Shown: in pieces, positions 18,175-28,823 of the stretch
How the letters are laid out: every line of letters starts with the position of its first letter
Numbering within the stretch: the stretch's first letter is position 1
Source: Giardia intestinalis
Taxonomy: Eukaryota
Direction: 5' to 3' (one strand)
Assembly (NCBI GenBank): GCA_000002435.2
Contig: CM018793.1
DNA length: 64,000 nt
The notes under the pieces: generated by a model
Told to the model about the DNA's origin: nothing
The model's database searches: none
The model's input: the letters and a program-made list of their open reading frames with translations, nothing else
Program-made: the position numbers and the translations under genes

Positions 18175-21100
18175 CTAAGAGCTGTGATGAAGAGCATTTG
18201 ATTTGGTCTTCGAATGGCGTGACTTATGAATGTGCGGATGGCCTCCGGGGTTCTTACTGGTAGTTAACTTTCTTAAATGAGCAAGCTCGCTTGATAGAAG
18301 GCTAATGGTTAAGGGAAGCTCCCGCACAACATGATAGATAAAAGTGCTGAGCTGCTCAACATCAAAGTTTGATGAGGCGTGAGCACGTTCTGTGAGCTCA
18401 TATGTCCATCGCTTCACTGCAGCCTTGAACATGCACTGAGTGTCAACATTTCTTTGAAAAATGTTACTGCCAATAAGAAGGATGTGCATGACCTTATCTA
18501 TCCGGCCTCGTAGTATTGAAATAGGGTGATCTAATAGTAGCTCCATCACTCTTTGTGACTGCAACTCCTTTGTAAGATCCACACTATCACTTAACCGTCC
18601 TAGGACTGATTTGTACTCATGTTGAAGCTCAGAAACAAGTTGATCAGTTCCTTGGGAAAGGAACTTATGGACAATCTCGCTTATGCTTCCTTCTCCCCGT
18701 GGAAGTCTGTCAAACAAAAAGTAGGAAAGAATCTTCGGAATGGTGCATGATTCCCAGGTTTGGGGCGAGTATTTGGAGAAGAAGGGAGTCAGCTTAAGTG
18801 TTGTTACGGTCAGCTGGAGCTTCATGTGAGTCACATTGTTGAGCATATCAGTAACCAATCCGTTCGAGATAAGCATATCTAGAAAGTGAAACAATATGGC
18901 ATAATTAGTCAGAGCACCTATCTGTGCAAGGGGATTTGTCTCGTAGATCGACAAGGCTAAATATACACCAAAAACTATGATATCAGGTAAGAGCAGACCA
19001 CATGCTGCCGTAATACCCATGAGGACCAGCATCTCAATGTCAAAACATCGCTTTGTAGGCATGTGGTGGGCGAATATTCTTCCACAAAGCATGCCAAACG
19101 ACTTACACCTGGAGGCCAGTTTAGAGTAGGAGCGAGGCCCCATCACCGGGAGCCCATCAGTATCGGTAATCTGCAGGCCTGCAGTTTGTGCGTCCTGATC
19201 AGTTGGTTTCATGAGGAGTAGAGGCAGTTTAGAGATGGATTTGTTATTCTTGTTACCAATGTACTGTTTGAAAACGCCATGAATGAACAGATACCGCGGT
19301 ACCAACGAGTAAAGCATCGGTAACAGCGTTGTCTGCGTATAATAGTGACACATATCTCCGTACGACATGCCACATTGGGTGTTTCCGATTGTCCTAACAT
19401 TGCTCCCATTGCTCTCCTTTTGTTTCTGGATATGGGTCTGGATAGGAACACCTTTTGTGTCAGAGACCTTGGATATCATTCTCTCTAACATGCCCGGGAT
19501 GCTGTAGAAGTGAGGCGCGTTGGAAGAGAGCAAAGACCCGGCGTAGCCAGGATTTGCAAAGGTATATGCTTGCCTAAATGCATAGTACTCATTATAACTG
19601 CTATAGTACTTAGTTGTCTCGCCAAGCTTAGCACAATCTTGCGTTGCTGAATCGTAGAAAAACTTGTGAACATATGATAAAAACACCTTGATTGGCTGGG
19701 AATATATCTCTGAGGCTCTAGTCAGTGCCCCATATAGGAAAGCAATGGCTGGAATGGCGTCTTCAGAGCTCGCAATCTTCTCAATGGTGTCCAGCGTAAA
19801 TTGCGCTAAGAACCACAAAGGATTAATAGATATGTAAGCACCAGACATAAACTCTGCACCTATCTGGGTAGAGTTAGAGATGGTGAAGAGATTTGCATAC
19901 TCTATCAGCATGTTTTCAAAGTTAGCTGAGGGGACTGTGGAACGTATTGCTAGAGTAAAAATATGCGATTCCTGATCGAGGAAAGAGAAAAAAGAATGCT
20001 TAGAGGTGCAGGAAGGCGGGTCCTGCCAACAAAAAGACAAGTCCGCACACTTAGAAAAGCGCGACCTGACCGCCTCTTCGTAGATTGATAAGAAATCCTC
20101 GGACGCATCTTCAAGCGAGTCCTTAAGCGAGAGACAGCCCATTTGCAGATGGTAGCCAGCATGGATGTACTGTCGTTCAGAGAACTCACTTTCTCGAAGT
20201 TCCTCCATGATAAACCTACAATTGGCATTTAACATAGGAAAATCCAGCGAAAAGGCCGCCGCGATATCTGTTGGCAAAGAGCTGGACTTCTGATTGCCAA
20301 GTCCTTGATCATAGATAGCCTTCATATGTTCTTTAACCCAGAAGAGATTGGATGTAAAGCGGCCGGAGAACAGACCAGAATCACCAAAGAACCAATTCCG
20401 AATGCGAAAGGTGTCTTCTTCCAGACGCTGGACCTTTCTGGCAAATGCATTGAGACTGGAAACGCTTTTGCTGAAATTAGAAACAAGTTCCCGTATGCGC
20501 AAAAGGTTATCCACTGCTTCCTTCTGCCCAGACTCATCAATCTCCTTCAAGAGCTGGGCTAGATTGTTGCTGTGCTCAGCACGCCTTATAACCAGAGCTT
20601 CCTTTTTGCTTTCAAGGCTGTTCAGACACCCGTTTACCTGATCGCATTGTAGATCGCTATAGATCTGCATCGGGCCTGTGGTCGTTGTGTAGTGAGTAGG
20701 ACAATTGTTGAGTTCGGTAATTTTGTGATCTATGTCTTGCAGAGTGATCTTGATGGAGTCAACCTTATCTCCTAATAGACTAGTCTTTGTAGTGATTATA
20801 TTTTTGAGGGGATTGGTCGGTTCAGATAAGTTTTGTGTACGCAAATTGTGGATCTGCGTGTTGACAACTTTCTGGAGAGCATCTACTAGGGATGATAAAG
20901 CAGAAGAATCAAGGGCTTCTGGCCCGTTGAAAGCAGAATCAAATTGAGGAAGTTCTACAGAAAGGTCTATCAGAGCGCTCCCGATAGTCTGGATAGATAA
21001 TAGTAGCTGCTTCTGCTCTAAGAGAAGCTCTTTCTTCCTGGCGTTAAGAACTATAATTGACTGGTGAAGAGAAGCGTAAAGCATGGTCATAAACCACGAG

Positions 21101-24100
21101 TACATTCCTGAGTCAACAGAACCGCCCTCCAAAAGCATGCTATTCATCATTGGAAGAGGCGAGAGCAGAAGGTTGCACTTAACCACTATCAAAGTAATGA
21201 CAGAGCAGATCCGCTCCCGTGTTTCTGTTTTCTTTTCAGTGACAAGGAAGAGCATAAGCTCTCTGACCACTTGTAAAACGCAGAGGTAGCCATGAAAGTA
21301 CCCGAAGGGCTCAATGCGATCAGAACCAGTACACGATTGAAATTGATGCGAAATGGCTTCCTCATCATTTTTGAAAGGTGGCGACTGTTCTGAAGAGCAT
21401 CCAATAGAGTTCTTGACGCTTGGTGATGCCCCCGTCTGAGAGGCAGGAACAGCAGTCTTCTGAGATGGCTTGGAGGTCAAAACGCCACTACAACTGTAAG
21501 CAATTGAGAAAGCCGTGTCTGAGAGGAGTAGTCTACTCTTCACCTCCCTTGGAAAACAGGAGTCGACCAGTGCAGCAACAAGAAAGGTGGGATCAGCACC
21601 ATAGGTAATGAGACAGTACATAAAGTCACTGGCCACCTTCTTATAGTGAGACGTAGACAAAATAGAACCATAGACTATATGTCCCGATATTCTATGGAGG
21701 TGAGTAGTAACATTCGGAACAGCCAATAATGAAAGATGAGACCCCAAGGCTGTCACCAGCGTTTTTGTCTCCAGAAAAGGAGGATAGCTAGCAGAGAAGA
21801 AGGCGCTGATTGGAGCCGCCTCCTTCACAGTGCCCATCCACGGTAGCGTATAGACAAGCTCATAAATGGATAAGAGAATCTCATAAGGAAGACGCGTGCT
21901 TGAAGGGCCGGTTCCATCCCCATCAAGAGATTTATTCAACGCCTTAAGAAACTCATTGCAGAACTCAGGGCCTTCTCTGAAGGTCCTGTATGCCAGAATA
22001 AACGTTATGTTAATGTGAGCATGCATTTTGTTTGCCACAAAGAAGAGCTCCGCTCCAGTGCACTCGTTGATGTAGAAGGATAGCATATCAATGTCTTGTA
22101 GAAACACCAGGGTATCTATTGTTCGGTATTTGAGAAAGCCAGCAGGTGCCTCAGCTGCCGGGTTAGGCAAAGGAAAAAGCAACCTAAGAATATACACATC
22201 AAGAAGATAACCTGTACGTATCAGGCTTTGAAGGCATGAGTTGGCTATAAAGATACGAGCGTCTCCGTGATTTGGCTCACAAAGGGGCTCCACCACAAAT
22301 GAATCAAAAATGTACAACAGGCCTGGAATAAACGATGTGCAGGAAGGCTCTTGGTCCTTGTGTGTGTCGGTGAGAACAATTGTTTGCTCAATGATAAGCT
22401 TTCTCATAGAGCGAAAGCCCTGCTTCAGCAGTAGCAAAAGAAATCCATATGGGACCATAAAAAGGATGTCCATGATGGACCGATGTAGAAGGGTCACAAC
22501 ATCGTCAGCGCCGCTTCCGCTGCTCGAGAACGACAAGCGCATGAAGGAAGGGAGCTCCCTAAGTATCTCTGAATACGCACTGAAGAAGTTAATGATCGGG
22601 GTGCTGAAAGTGTTATTTTGAGCATATGACGACAGCAGTTTACGCTCAATACAACCAGAATATGAAGAAAGAAGAGAAGACGGGACCAGAGGGTGGTTTG
22701 CGGTTGACAAAAACATGAGCGAGAGCAGGAGCAGCATAAATGAGTAGAAGAGTGGAGTTCTAACAGTTATGCTGGAAAGAAGATTCCAATCCACAGGTAA
22801 ATCTAGTGCAGGGGATTGAGCAGCAATAAAAGCCTCCTTTGCACACATGATAAGATTTCCTTTCATGTCCTGCTTGCAGCACCAAATGAAGAACGACAAA
22901 AGATCAAAGGATAGAGCAGAAGTAATGTGTCGTTTGGCTAAGGCAAAAGACATGATCATGGACAAGGTATCCAAGAGTAGTGGTTGTCCGAGTAGGGTAT
23001 ATAGTACAGATACTGACAGAGAAATAAAGGCATCTTCAGAAATATCTTCAGCCCAGAGACCGGGAATTATAGGAATATCTAGGTGACCACCGTACCCATT
23101 CTCCACTCGAAAAGTCGGGAGAACAAGCTCTGGTGTAGTGTATATGAATAGCTCGTCGATGTTATCGTAAATTCTTGTGGCTTCTTCTGTGTGTGCATCA
23201 GCCTTGATTGCTAAACCTTTGAAGGCGAACAACTCAGAACAATTAGCCGACTCAATTGGGGATTGCTTTTTATAGTTAATATGCTTCTGAAGTAGTAAAT
23301 TATCCGTCTCAATTCCGTTGTCGTAGATATTAAGTCTTTCGCTATAGGAGCTAACAGAACTGTATGCGTTTGCCAAAAGATTAGCAGAGGATGAAAGTGA
23401 AGCTACTTTACCGAAGGTTTTGATAAGGAGCCAGTTTGCAGCTTTTCGATACTTCTTGACCCGTATCTCACCGTTGGATGAGGTGGGGTCTGTGATCTCT
23501 GTGGAGAAGAGATGCCAAACGATGCGATGAACGGCTTCCTCAGATACCGTGTAGGTGCACCGGTCTGCTGAAAACTGCGCCCAGATCGCTCTTTCAACTA
23601 TGAGGTCGGCAGTATCCTGCAATAGTTTAAATATCTCACTGTCGCTGCGACCATCTTCACGCAAGTAAGAGCAGGCTTGCTGCAATAATGGCATATATGC
23701 AGGTGAATACAACTTCCTCGCTGTTACTTCTTCTTTCAGGAAAACAACGGCTTGAACGTGTGCCTTTTCATATTTATCTTCGTTCAAATCAAATGAGAAG
23801 TTGATAAGCGTACACACTCGGGCCAGGACAGTGCGAAAGAGGTGGGCAAAAAGTGTGAAGTATGTCTGATAGCCCCGTGTGATCTCCTTTGAGGCTTCAA
23901 AGGAGGAGATGTAAGAATACACGCTAGTGAGTACAGCAGATGGGGATCTAATAAGGAGAATCTCACATAGGTCCTGGGCATTTTGATAACTTGGCGACGA
24001 ATCCGAAAAAGCCTCCGCAATTACGTCAGAGATTATTGATTCGTCAGCTTGCATTGCAGTCAGCACTATCTCTGCAACTTGAGAGTAGTGGTACACAGCA

Positions 24101-24132
24101 AGCAACTGCATCCATGAGCGTCTATGTGACAT
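18175..24132 (-). CDS. Very large hypothetical protein, about 1985 aa, soluble and helical with no recognisable domain
   Basis: The track start at 24300 is GTG and would overlap the divergent ZMYND10 gene. The first in-frame ATG is at 24130-24132 (MSHRRSW...), preceded on the minus strand by an AT-rich stretch. Continuous 6-kb ORF. Confidence 0.6.
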   Translation of the reverse strand: MSHRRSWMQLLAVYHYSQVAEIVLTAMQADESIISDVIAEAFSDSSPSYQNAQDLCEILLIRSPSAVLTSVYSYISSFEASKEITRGYQTYFTLFAHLFRTVLARVCTLINFSFDLNEDKYEKAHVQAVVFLKEEVTARKLYSPAYMPLLQQACSYLREDGRSDSEIFKLLQDTADLIVERAIWAQFSADRCTYTVSEEAVHRIVWHLFSTEITDPTSSNGEIRVKKYRKAANWLLIKTFGKVASLSSSANLLANAYSSVSSYSERLNIYDNGIETDNLLLQKHINYKKQSPIESANCSELFAFKGLAIKADAHTEEATRIYDNIDELFIYTTPELVLPTFRVENGYGGHLDIPIIPGLWAEDISEDAFISLSVSVLYTLLGQPLLLDTLSMIMSFALAKRHITSALSFDLLSFFIWCCKQDMKGNLIMCAKEAFIAAQSPALDLPVDWNLLSSITVRTPLFYSFMLLLLSLMFLSTANHPLVPSSLLSSYSGCIERKLLSSYAQNNTFSTPIINFFSAYSEILRELPSFMRLSFSSSGSGADDVVTLLHRSIMDILFMVPYGFLLLLLKQGFRSMRKLIIEQTIVLTDTHKDQEPSCTSFIPGLLYIFDSFVVEPLCEPNHGDARIFIANSCLQSLIRTGYLLDVYILRLLFPLPNPAAEAPAGFLKYRTIDTLVFLQDIDMLSFYINECTGAELFFVANKMHAHINITFILAYRTFREGPEFCNEFLKALNKSLDGDGTGPSSTRLPYEILLSIYELVYTLPWMGTVKEAAPISAFFSASYPPFLETKTLVTALGSHLSLLAVPNVTTHLHRISGHIVYGSILSTSHYKKVASDFMYCLITYGADPTFLVAALVDSCFPREVKSRLLLSDTAFSIAYSCSGVLTSKPSQKTAVPASQTGASPSVKNSIGCSSEQSPPFKNDEEAISHQFQSCTGSDRIEPFGYFHGYLCVLQVVRELMLFLVTEKKTETRERICSVITLIVVKCNLLLSPLPMMNSMLLEGGSVDSGMYSWFMTMLYASLHQSIIVLNARKKELLLEQKQLLLSIQTIGSALIDLSVELPQFDSAFNGPEALDSSALSSLVDALQKVVNTQIHNLRTQNLSEPTNPLKNIITTKTSLLGDKVDSIKITLQDIDHKITELNNCPTHYTTTTGPMQIYSDLQCDQVNGCLNSLESKKEALVIRRAEHSNNLAQLLKEIDESGQKEAVDNLLRIRELVSNFSKSVSSLNAFARKVQRLEEDTFRIRNWFFGDSGLFSGRFTSNLFWVKEHMKAIYDQGLGNQKSSSLPTDIAAAFSLDFPMLNANCRFIMEELRESEFSERQYIHAGYHLQMGCLSLKDSLEDASEDFLSIYEEAVRSRFSKCADLSFCWQDPPSCTSKHSFFSFLDQESHIFTLAIRSTVPSANFENMLIEYANLFTISNSTQIGAEFMSGAYISINPLWFLAQFTLDTIEKIASSEDAIPAIAFLYGALTRASEIYSQPIKVFLSYVHKFFYDSATQDCAKLGETTKYYSSYNEYYAFRQAYTFANPGYAGSLLSSNAPHFYSIPGMLERMISKVSDTKGVPIQTHIQKQKESNGSNVRTIGNTQCGMSYGDMCHYYTQTTLLPMLYSLVPRYLFIHGVFKQYIGNKNNKSISKLPLLLMKPTDQDAQTAGLQITDTDGLPVMGPRSYSKLASRCKSFGMLCGRIFAHHMPTKRCFDIEMLVLMGITAACGLLLPDIIVFGVYLALSIYETNPLAQIGALTNYAILFHFLDMLISNGLVTDMLNNVTHMKLQLTVTTLKLTPFFSKYSPQTWESCTIPKILSYFLFDRLPRGEGSISEIVHKFLSQGTDQLVSELQHEYKSVLGRLSDSVDLTKELQSQRVMELLLDHPISILRGRIDKVMHILLIGSNIFQRNVDTQCMFKAAVKRWTYELTERAHASSNFDVEQLSTFIYHVVRELPLTISLLSSELAHLRKLTTSKNPGGHPHIHKSRHSKTKSNALHHSS

Positions 24133-24194
24133 TCCTTTTAAAAACTTTGTTTTCGTTTTTTCCTTTGACAGCTTAAAGATCTCTCTTCTTACCG
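24133..24194. promoter_or_regulatory. 62-bp AT-rich bidirectional promoter region between divergent genes
   Basis: ttttaaaaactttgttttcgttttttcctttgacagcttaaagatc lies between the minus-strand ATG at 24132 and the plus-strand ATG at 24195. Short AT-rich initiators are typical of Giardia. Confidence 0.45.
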
Positions 24195-26024
24195 ATGACT
24201 GAAATACTGCTTTACCAAGAAGCAGAGGAGTTTGTTCGAAGTTTGCAGTCTTTTGACATATACAACGTGGGTAGCAGAGAGTGGCATGCCCAGCACACAC
24301 GTCTTGTCAAACTGAACATGCAAACCCACCAGAATATGATGTTTAATCGTGAGGACTATGTTGCTGATCTTATGAACACGTATAGGAAATGGGATGTCAT
24401 CATTTCTGACCTTATATGCATACACTTGTTTAAAATTCACGTCTTTCCAGCCATTGTTGCAAACCTAAAGCAACGGCACACAGATGAACCTATTCGCCCA
24501 GACCTTGAGCCATGCATGGCACATTTTCTGTACGATCTTTTATTCCATGAGGTCGTACTGGCGGAATTTTTGGCATCTACTTGCCTTGACAAGCTTCCAG
24601 AAGCAGAGCACCTCGACGACCTTGTGGACTGGTGCGTATATCATATTACAAATTTGATTTCAAAAAAATTCACCAGATTGCCCTGCGCCGGGAAAGACAA
24701 TTCAGAAAAAAAATCAAAACTTGATCCACGTTTTCCCACATCGGAGCTAAGTGCTGCAGTTTCCCAGGGACTTCGTGACCGTTTAAAACAGCAGGCTCAA
24801 GACTCTAGCAAATCCATGCTTGAAATTGCGCAGCATCTAGAAAATAGCATTCTGGGCTTTTTTGACCAGTTGGTAGAGAATGATGTTTCTATTAATTACA
24901 ACACATCCCTGACTGTTCTATCCTTGCTGCGAGGCCTACTCTTTCACAAGCTCCCCATCTCCCTTCAGTCAAAGCTCAAAGCCACTAGGATATCGGTACT
25001 TGTTGCACAGCTCCTTACCAAGAATGTCGCTGCGCTCTATGGAAATATTGCGCCGTGGCAACGAATGCTTAATGACAGGTCCCTAGAGTACTGGGACGGA
25101 ACATCCTGGTACAAGTATGCCACCAATGAAGAATCTAATTATAAGCTGACCGTGATGGAAGCTCAGGTTTGGCTAATCCTTCTAGAAGCTAGAGCAAACA
25201 TCCCCGACCAATTCACACAAAACGAGTTGTCTGTCTTCGATTCCATAAAGGGACGGCTCAATGAAACTCTTGTCAGCCAGCTCCCTGAGTTGAAAGAGTA
25301 TAGGCTTTACCTAGAGCAGCTGATTCTTCAGGGTGCCCAACAAGAAGCTAGTTCAGTGCTTGCCAAACAGCAGCAAAAGATACGCGAACAATACGGTCTC
25401 GCAGATGACTTTACTCTGGCTTCCGATGCACAGTTATATTCTCCAGGAGCTATTCTTGTTCAAACAGCCAACTATTACGAGTCCGAGCTCACCCTTAAAG
25501 TACGTTATTGGTATCAAATGCATACAAAGGCGCACACAAAAGGAGAGGTAGCAAAAACAGGGCCCACATTTATTACAGACATGACTGATAAGGAAGAAGA
25601 GTCCATAGGAACCTCCGTCACTTCATTTGAAGCCCTCTCGCAAGTCATCAAACAAGCAATGTATGATGCTCTTGCAGAAGAGTATGTAAGACTGATGGGG
25701 ACGCTTAGGGTGGAAGACATAGCAGATACTAGTTCCACAGGGGTGTATCTAGACCACTATAGCAGCGTGTTTCCTGTCTGTACCAACTGTGGGGTACTTG
25801 CACGCAACAGGTGTTCTCGATGCCACAACGTTTGGTACTGTGGAAGAAAATGCCAAAAGATAGACTGGGTTGCCGGGCACTCCAAAGTATGTAAGCGGCA
25901 AGATATACCGAAGTCTGACATAATAATGCAAAAGAAAGAAGAGACAGAGCAGAAGAAAGGCATAGAGGGAAACCCCGAGTACGTAGAAGAGGAACAGATA
26001 AATCCCTTTGATCAGCCAGACTAA
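24195..26024 (+). CDS. ZMYND10: ZMYND10 (BLU) homologue, a MYND zinc-finger dynein-arm assembly factor
   Basis: The N-terminus MTEILLYQEAEEFVRSLQSF...REWHAQHTRLVKLNMQ aligns with human ZMYND10 [22 protein letters not shown]...EGWNQQHENLEKLNMQ. The C-terminus carries a MYND finger: CTNCGVLARNRCSRCHNVWYCGRKCQKIDWVAGHSKVCK. Confidence 0.7.
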   Translation: MTEILLYQEAEEFVRSLQSFDIYNVGSREWHAQHTRLVKLNMQTHQNMMFNREDYVADLMNTYRKWDVIISDLICIHLFKIHVFPAIVANLKQRHTDEPIRPDLEPCMAHFLYDLLFHEVVLAEFLASTCLDKLPEAEHLDDLVDWCVYHITNLISKKFTRLPCAGKDNSEKKSKLDPRFPTSELSAAVSQGLRDRLKQQAQDSSKSMLEIAQHLENSILGFFDQLVENDVSINYNTSLTVLSLLRGLLFHKLPISLQSKLKATRISVLVAQLLTKNVAALYGNIAPWQRMLNDRSLEYWDGTSWYKYATNEESNYKLTVMEAQVWLILLEARANIPDQFTQNELSVFDSIKGRLNETLVSQLPELKEYRLYLEQLILQGAQQEASSVLAKQQQKIREQYGLADDFTLASDAQLYSPGAILVQTANYYESELTLKVRYWYQMHTKAHTKGEVAKTGPTFITDMTDKEEESIGTSVTSFEALSQVIKQAMYDALAEEYVRLMGTLRVEDIADTSSTGVYLDHYSSVFPVCTNCGVLARNRCSRCHNVWYCGRKCQKIDWVAGHSKVCKRQDIPKSDIIMQKKEETEQKKGIEGNPEYVEEEQINPFDQPD

Positions 26025-26131
26025 CGAACAATCAAGGCTTGTTGCATGTAAATCCCCCTTTGGAGCTTTAGAATGGCACGGTTTGGTTCCTGAATCAGGC
26101 TTTAACGCAGCAGAGCTACATACCTGACATC

Positions 26132-27910
26132 TTAGGTAACGCGGCTGACTGGCTGAGAAATGGATACAGTTGTACGGAGATAGATAAAGAGTGTATGATC
26201 TTCTGAGTTCTGAAGATGGAGCGACAGCCCAGGCATCCCTTTATAGCAAAAGTCATGTCTTTTTATTGCTGGCGTGGAGCAGAAGAACAGTGCATTCCAT
26301 GGATCGTGTGTTTCTATGTATTCTGCTCCTGGTGGCGTAAGTCGATATGCATTGTAGCCATAGATGTAGCTACCCCAATGACAATTTATCGGTCGGTACA
26401 GTACATTCTGGAGAAAGCTAACTGTGGCTTCATATCCTCTACGCAACGCTTCCTTGTAGTCTGCCTCTATAATGCATAAGGTGCGATGCTGGTTGATATG
26501 CTCTTTGCTGTGCTCCACTCCTGCGGTGTGCGTTGGTATGTCTATTATGTCATAGTGAGACTGATTGCAGAAGTGATTAGTTAGGATGGTATCGCTAATA
26601 AGTGTAAGAAGGCAAAAGACTAGCATACCGTTGAGCTCAATACACTGAACGTATCCGTCTGGTGGTATCAGTTCTGGAGCAGCTAGGTATACCTTATGGA
26701 ACGGCCCTATTTGAGAGGGGGGTATCGTGGTGACGGTGCTAGTATTCTGCTTTTCTTCTTCTAGAACTCTTCGCATTGTGGCAAGAAATTTCTCTGCCAC
26801 TACTTTATTCCTACAGAGAAGCGCTTGGACAACTGCATCGCAAGTTTCATCGATGATATTGAGATAGGGAGAAAATGAAAGCTGGGTGTTTCTCTCCTCT
26901 ATTGCAAGATTGACGGTGTGCTGCTTGAGTCTAGCAGTCTTAATTTGCTGTAAATCCTGATTGTCAAGCCATGCTGCCTCATCGAATGCTCTACACACAA
27001 TATGAATTTGACTGGACAAGGGTGCTGCTCCAGGTAGGAACTTCACCGGCTCGACCAACAGCGAGGTTCCAAAAACTAAACCCAAAGTGTAGGGATTGAC
27101 TCTATCTGATAGAGAATTGACTGTATCGCTTTGAAGATCTATATCCTCATCATAGCAAACAATTCCTGGCTTAATCGCTGAGCCACAATTTTCGCAGGCG
27201 GCTACAGAGCCATCACGTATAGCTTGGAGGACAACCTCTGGAAGGCAGGAACGCCCACATGCCAAGCAGGCGCCCGGGTTACTAAGAGATCCGTGTACCT
27301 GCTTGACATCTACAACCTCGCTGAGCCCCACGCCACGTTCCAGTTCATCAATGTTCTGGGTCAAAATAAGCTTCAGGATCCCCTCGTCTGCAAGGAAGCG
27401 AAGAAAATAGTGTGTAAGCGAAGGCCTGATGTTAGATATAAACATTATGCTTTCGTGGTATTCCCTCAGAACACTATAAACAACAATGGGATTTTGAATA
27501 ATGCCCCGTAAACCAAGGGCATATCTTAAGAAGAAATCATCGTCAGAAGGGTCGGCAACCTCTTGCTGGAGTGCATAGACAAGAAGGGGATAAAAGTGCT
27601 GCACCCTTCTGAAGATGGATCCTGATGAGCGAAATGCAGAAAGACCAACAGCTGTACTAACTCCTGCCCCGAGTATGCAATACGCTTTGGGCTTGGGGGC
27701 GCCCTCACCGGGGAAAAGGGCGGCATATAATAAATCAATCTTGTAGTTCAAGAATGAGTTTTCCGACTCTAAGGAGAAAGACTCCAGAAAAGGAGGCTTA
27801 AGTTGCCGTATTTCAGCCCTCTGTAGTGTGAACACTTTGCTCAGGACCTTGCCCAGGCCTTTTTCTTTACTACGGCGCTCCTCAAGCCGTCTGTCCTCTT
27901 CTATCTGCAT
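26132..27910 (-). CDS. NAD-dependent protein deacetylase, Sir2/sirtuin family, with a long C-terminal extension
   Basis: Sirtuin motifs appear in the expected order: GAGVSTAVGLSAFRSSGSIF (NAD-binding), TQNIDELE, catalytic VHGSL, Zn ribbon CLACGRSC...CENCGSAIKPGIVCYDE, and FGTSLLVEP. ATG start confirmed at 27908-27910. Confidence 0.85.
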   Translation of the reverse strand: MQIEEDRRLEERRSKEKGLGKVLSKVFTLQRAEIRQLKPPFLESFSLESENSFLNYKIDLLYAALFPGEGAPKPKAYCILGAGVSTAVGLSAFRSSGSIFRRVQHFYPLLVYALQQEVADPSDDDFFLRYALGLRGIIQNPIVVYSVLREYHESIMFISNIRPSLTHYFLRFLADEGILKLILTQNIDELERGVGLSEVVDVKQVHGSLSNPGACLACGRSCLPEVVLQAIRDGSVAACENCGSAIKPGIVCYDEDIDLQSDTVNSLSDRVNPYTLGLVFGTSLLVEPVKFLPGAAPLSSQIHIVCRAFDEAAWLDNQDLQQIKTARLKQHTVNLAIEERNTQLSFSPYLNIIDETCDAVVQALLCRNKVVAEKFLATMRRVLEEEKQNTSTVTTIPPSQIGPFHKVYLAAPELIPPDGYVQCIELNGMLVFCLLTLISDTILTNHFCNQSHYDIIDIPTHTAGVEHSKEHINQHRTLCIIEADYKEALRRGYEATVSFLQNVLYRPINCHWGSYIYGYNAYRLTPPGAEYIETHDPWNALFFCSTPAIKRHDFCYKGMPGLSLHLQNSEDHTLFIYLRTTVSISQPVSRVT

Positions 27911-27965
27911 TTTTTGAAAACTTTAAAAGTACCACGCATCCAGTGATTGTGTTTAAGTTTCTGCA

Positions 27966-28655
27966 ATGCGTTCATATCTCGGCTTGCGTGTTCTCGCAGG
28001 AGATTCTCTCAGCTCTACTGAAGATATCTTACAGGCCGTTACAGCGTCGGTTGGGTGCGAGTCCGACGATATTGATCTATTTGTGCTAGAAGAGGTTTCG
28101 GGCGCAAATTCCGATGACCTGGTTCTAAATGATGAACTGTACTGCGTGGTTCCGATCGACAGCGAGTTCTACACGGTCGAGGGCGTAGCACAAAGATTAG
28201 CTCAAGCCCACAGTGCTGCCCAGGAGTCGGACCCTGTTAGCTCCTTCGTAGTGTCTCACATCAGCCCGTCTATTGAAGACATGCCGTCATTAACAAGTCA
28301 ACTAGAGTCCAGCGCACAGGTAGATGAGATGCGCAACGCGATGACCTTGCTGTCACTCTGCGAACGGTACAACTCTAAGGCAGAGAACATGAAGGTTATG
28401 GCTGACATAGTCATCAGCCAACTCATCAACATGCAGCTGCACGTGGAGGCAGGGGTCCTCTCCGTGCGAGCTGCTTTCAAAGCTGCAGATGTCTCCATGT
28501 GCCTTAACAAGCTAGACACAGAGGCTCCGTTTTCTGCGGCAAAAAGGGTAGAAAATCAGAGTCGACTCGCTAGGTTGATTGACTCTGAGCGAGGAGAGTA
28601 TAGGGACCTTATGTCTCGTTTGGAGGTCTACAGAAAGAGGCTGCTATCTATCTGA
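27966..28655 (+). CDS. Hypothetical protein, 229 aa
   Basis: ATG at 27966 lies 55 bp from the divergent sirtuin start, with an AT-rich spacer between. No recognisable domain. Confidence 0.45.
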   Translation: MRSYLGLRVLAGDSLSSTEDILQAVTASVGCESDDIDLFVLEEVSGANSDDLVLNDELYCVVPIDSEFYTVEGVAQRLAQAHSAAQESDPVSSFVVSHISPSIEDMPSLTSQLESSAQVDEMRNAMTLLSLCERYNSKAENMKVMADIVISQLINMQLHVEAGVLSVRAAFKAADVSMCLNKLDTEAPFSAAKRVENQSRLARLIDSERGEYRDLMSRLEVYRKRLLSI

Positions 28656-28823
28656 ATTTTGTCAAAAAGCTGATTGTAATTACTAACTAAAGCTATCTAC
28701 ACCAAGTGTCCACCGTTCACAGGTTACTTATTTTATTCAGGCATTGATAGTCTACTGTGCCACTTTGTAAACAAGTTGATAGACAAGCTTTCCAATTAAA
28801 ATAAAAATCCCTGCCACCACCCT

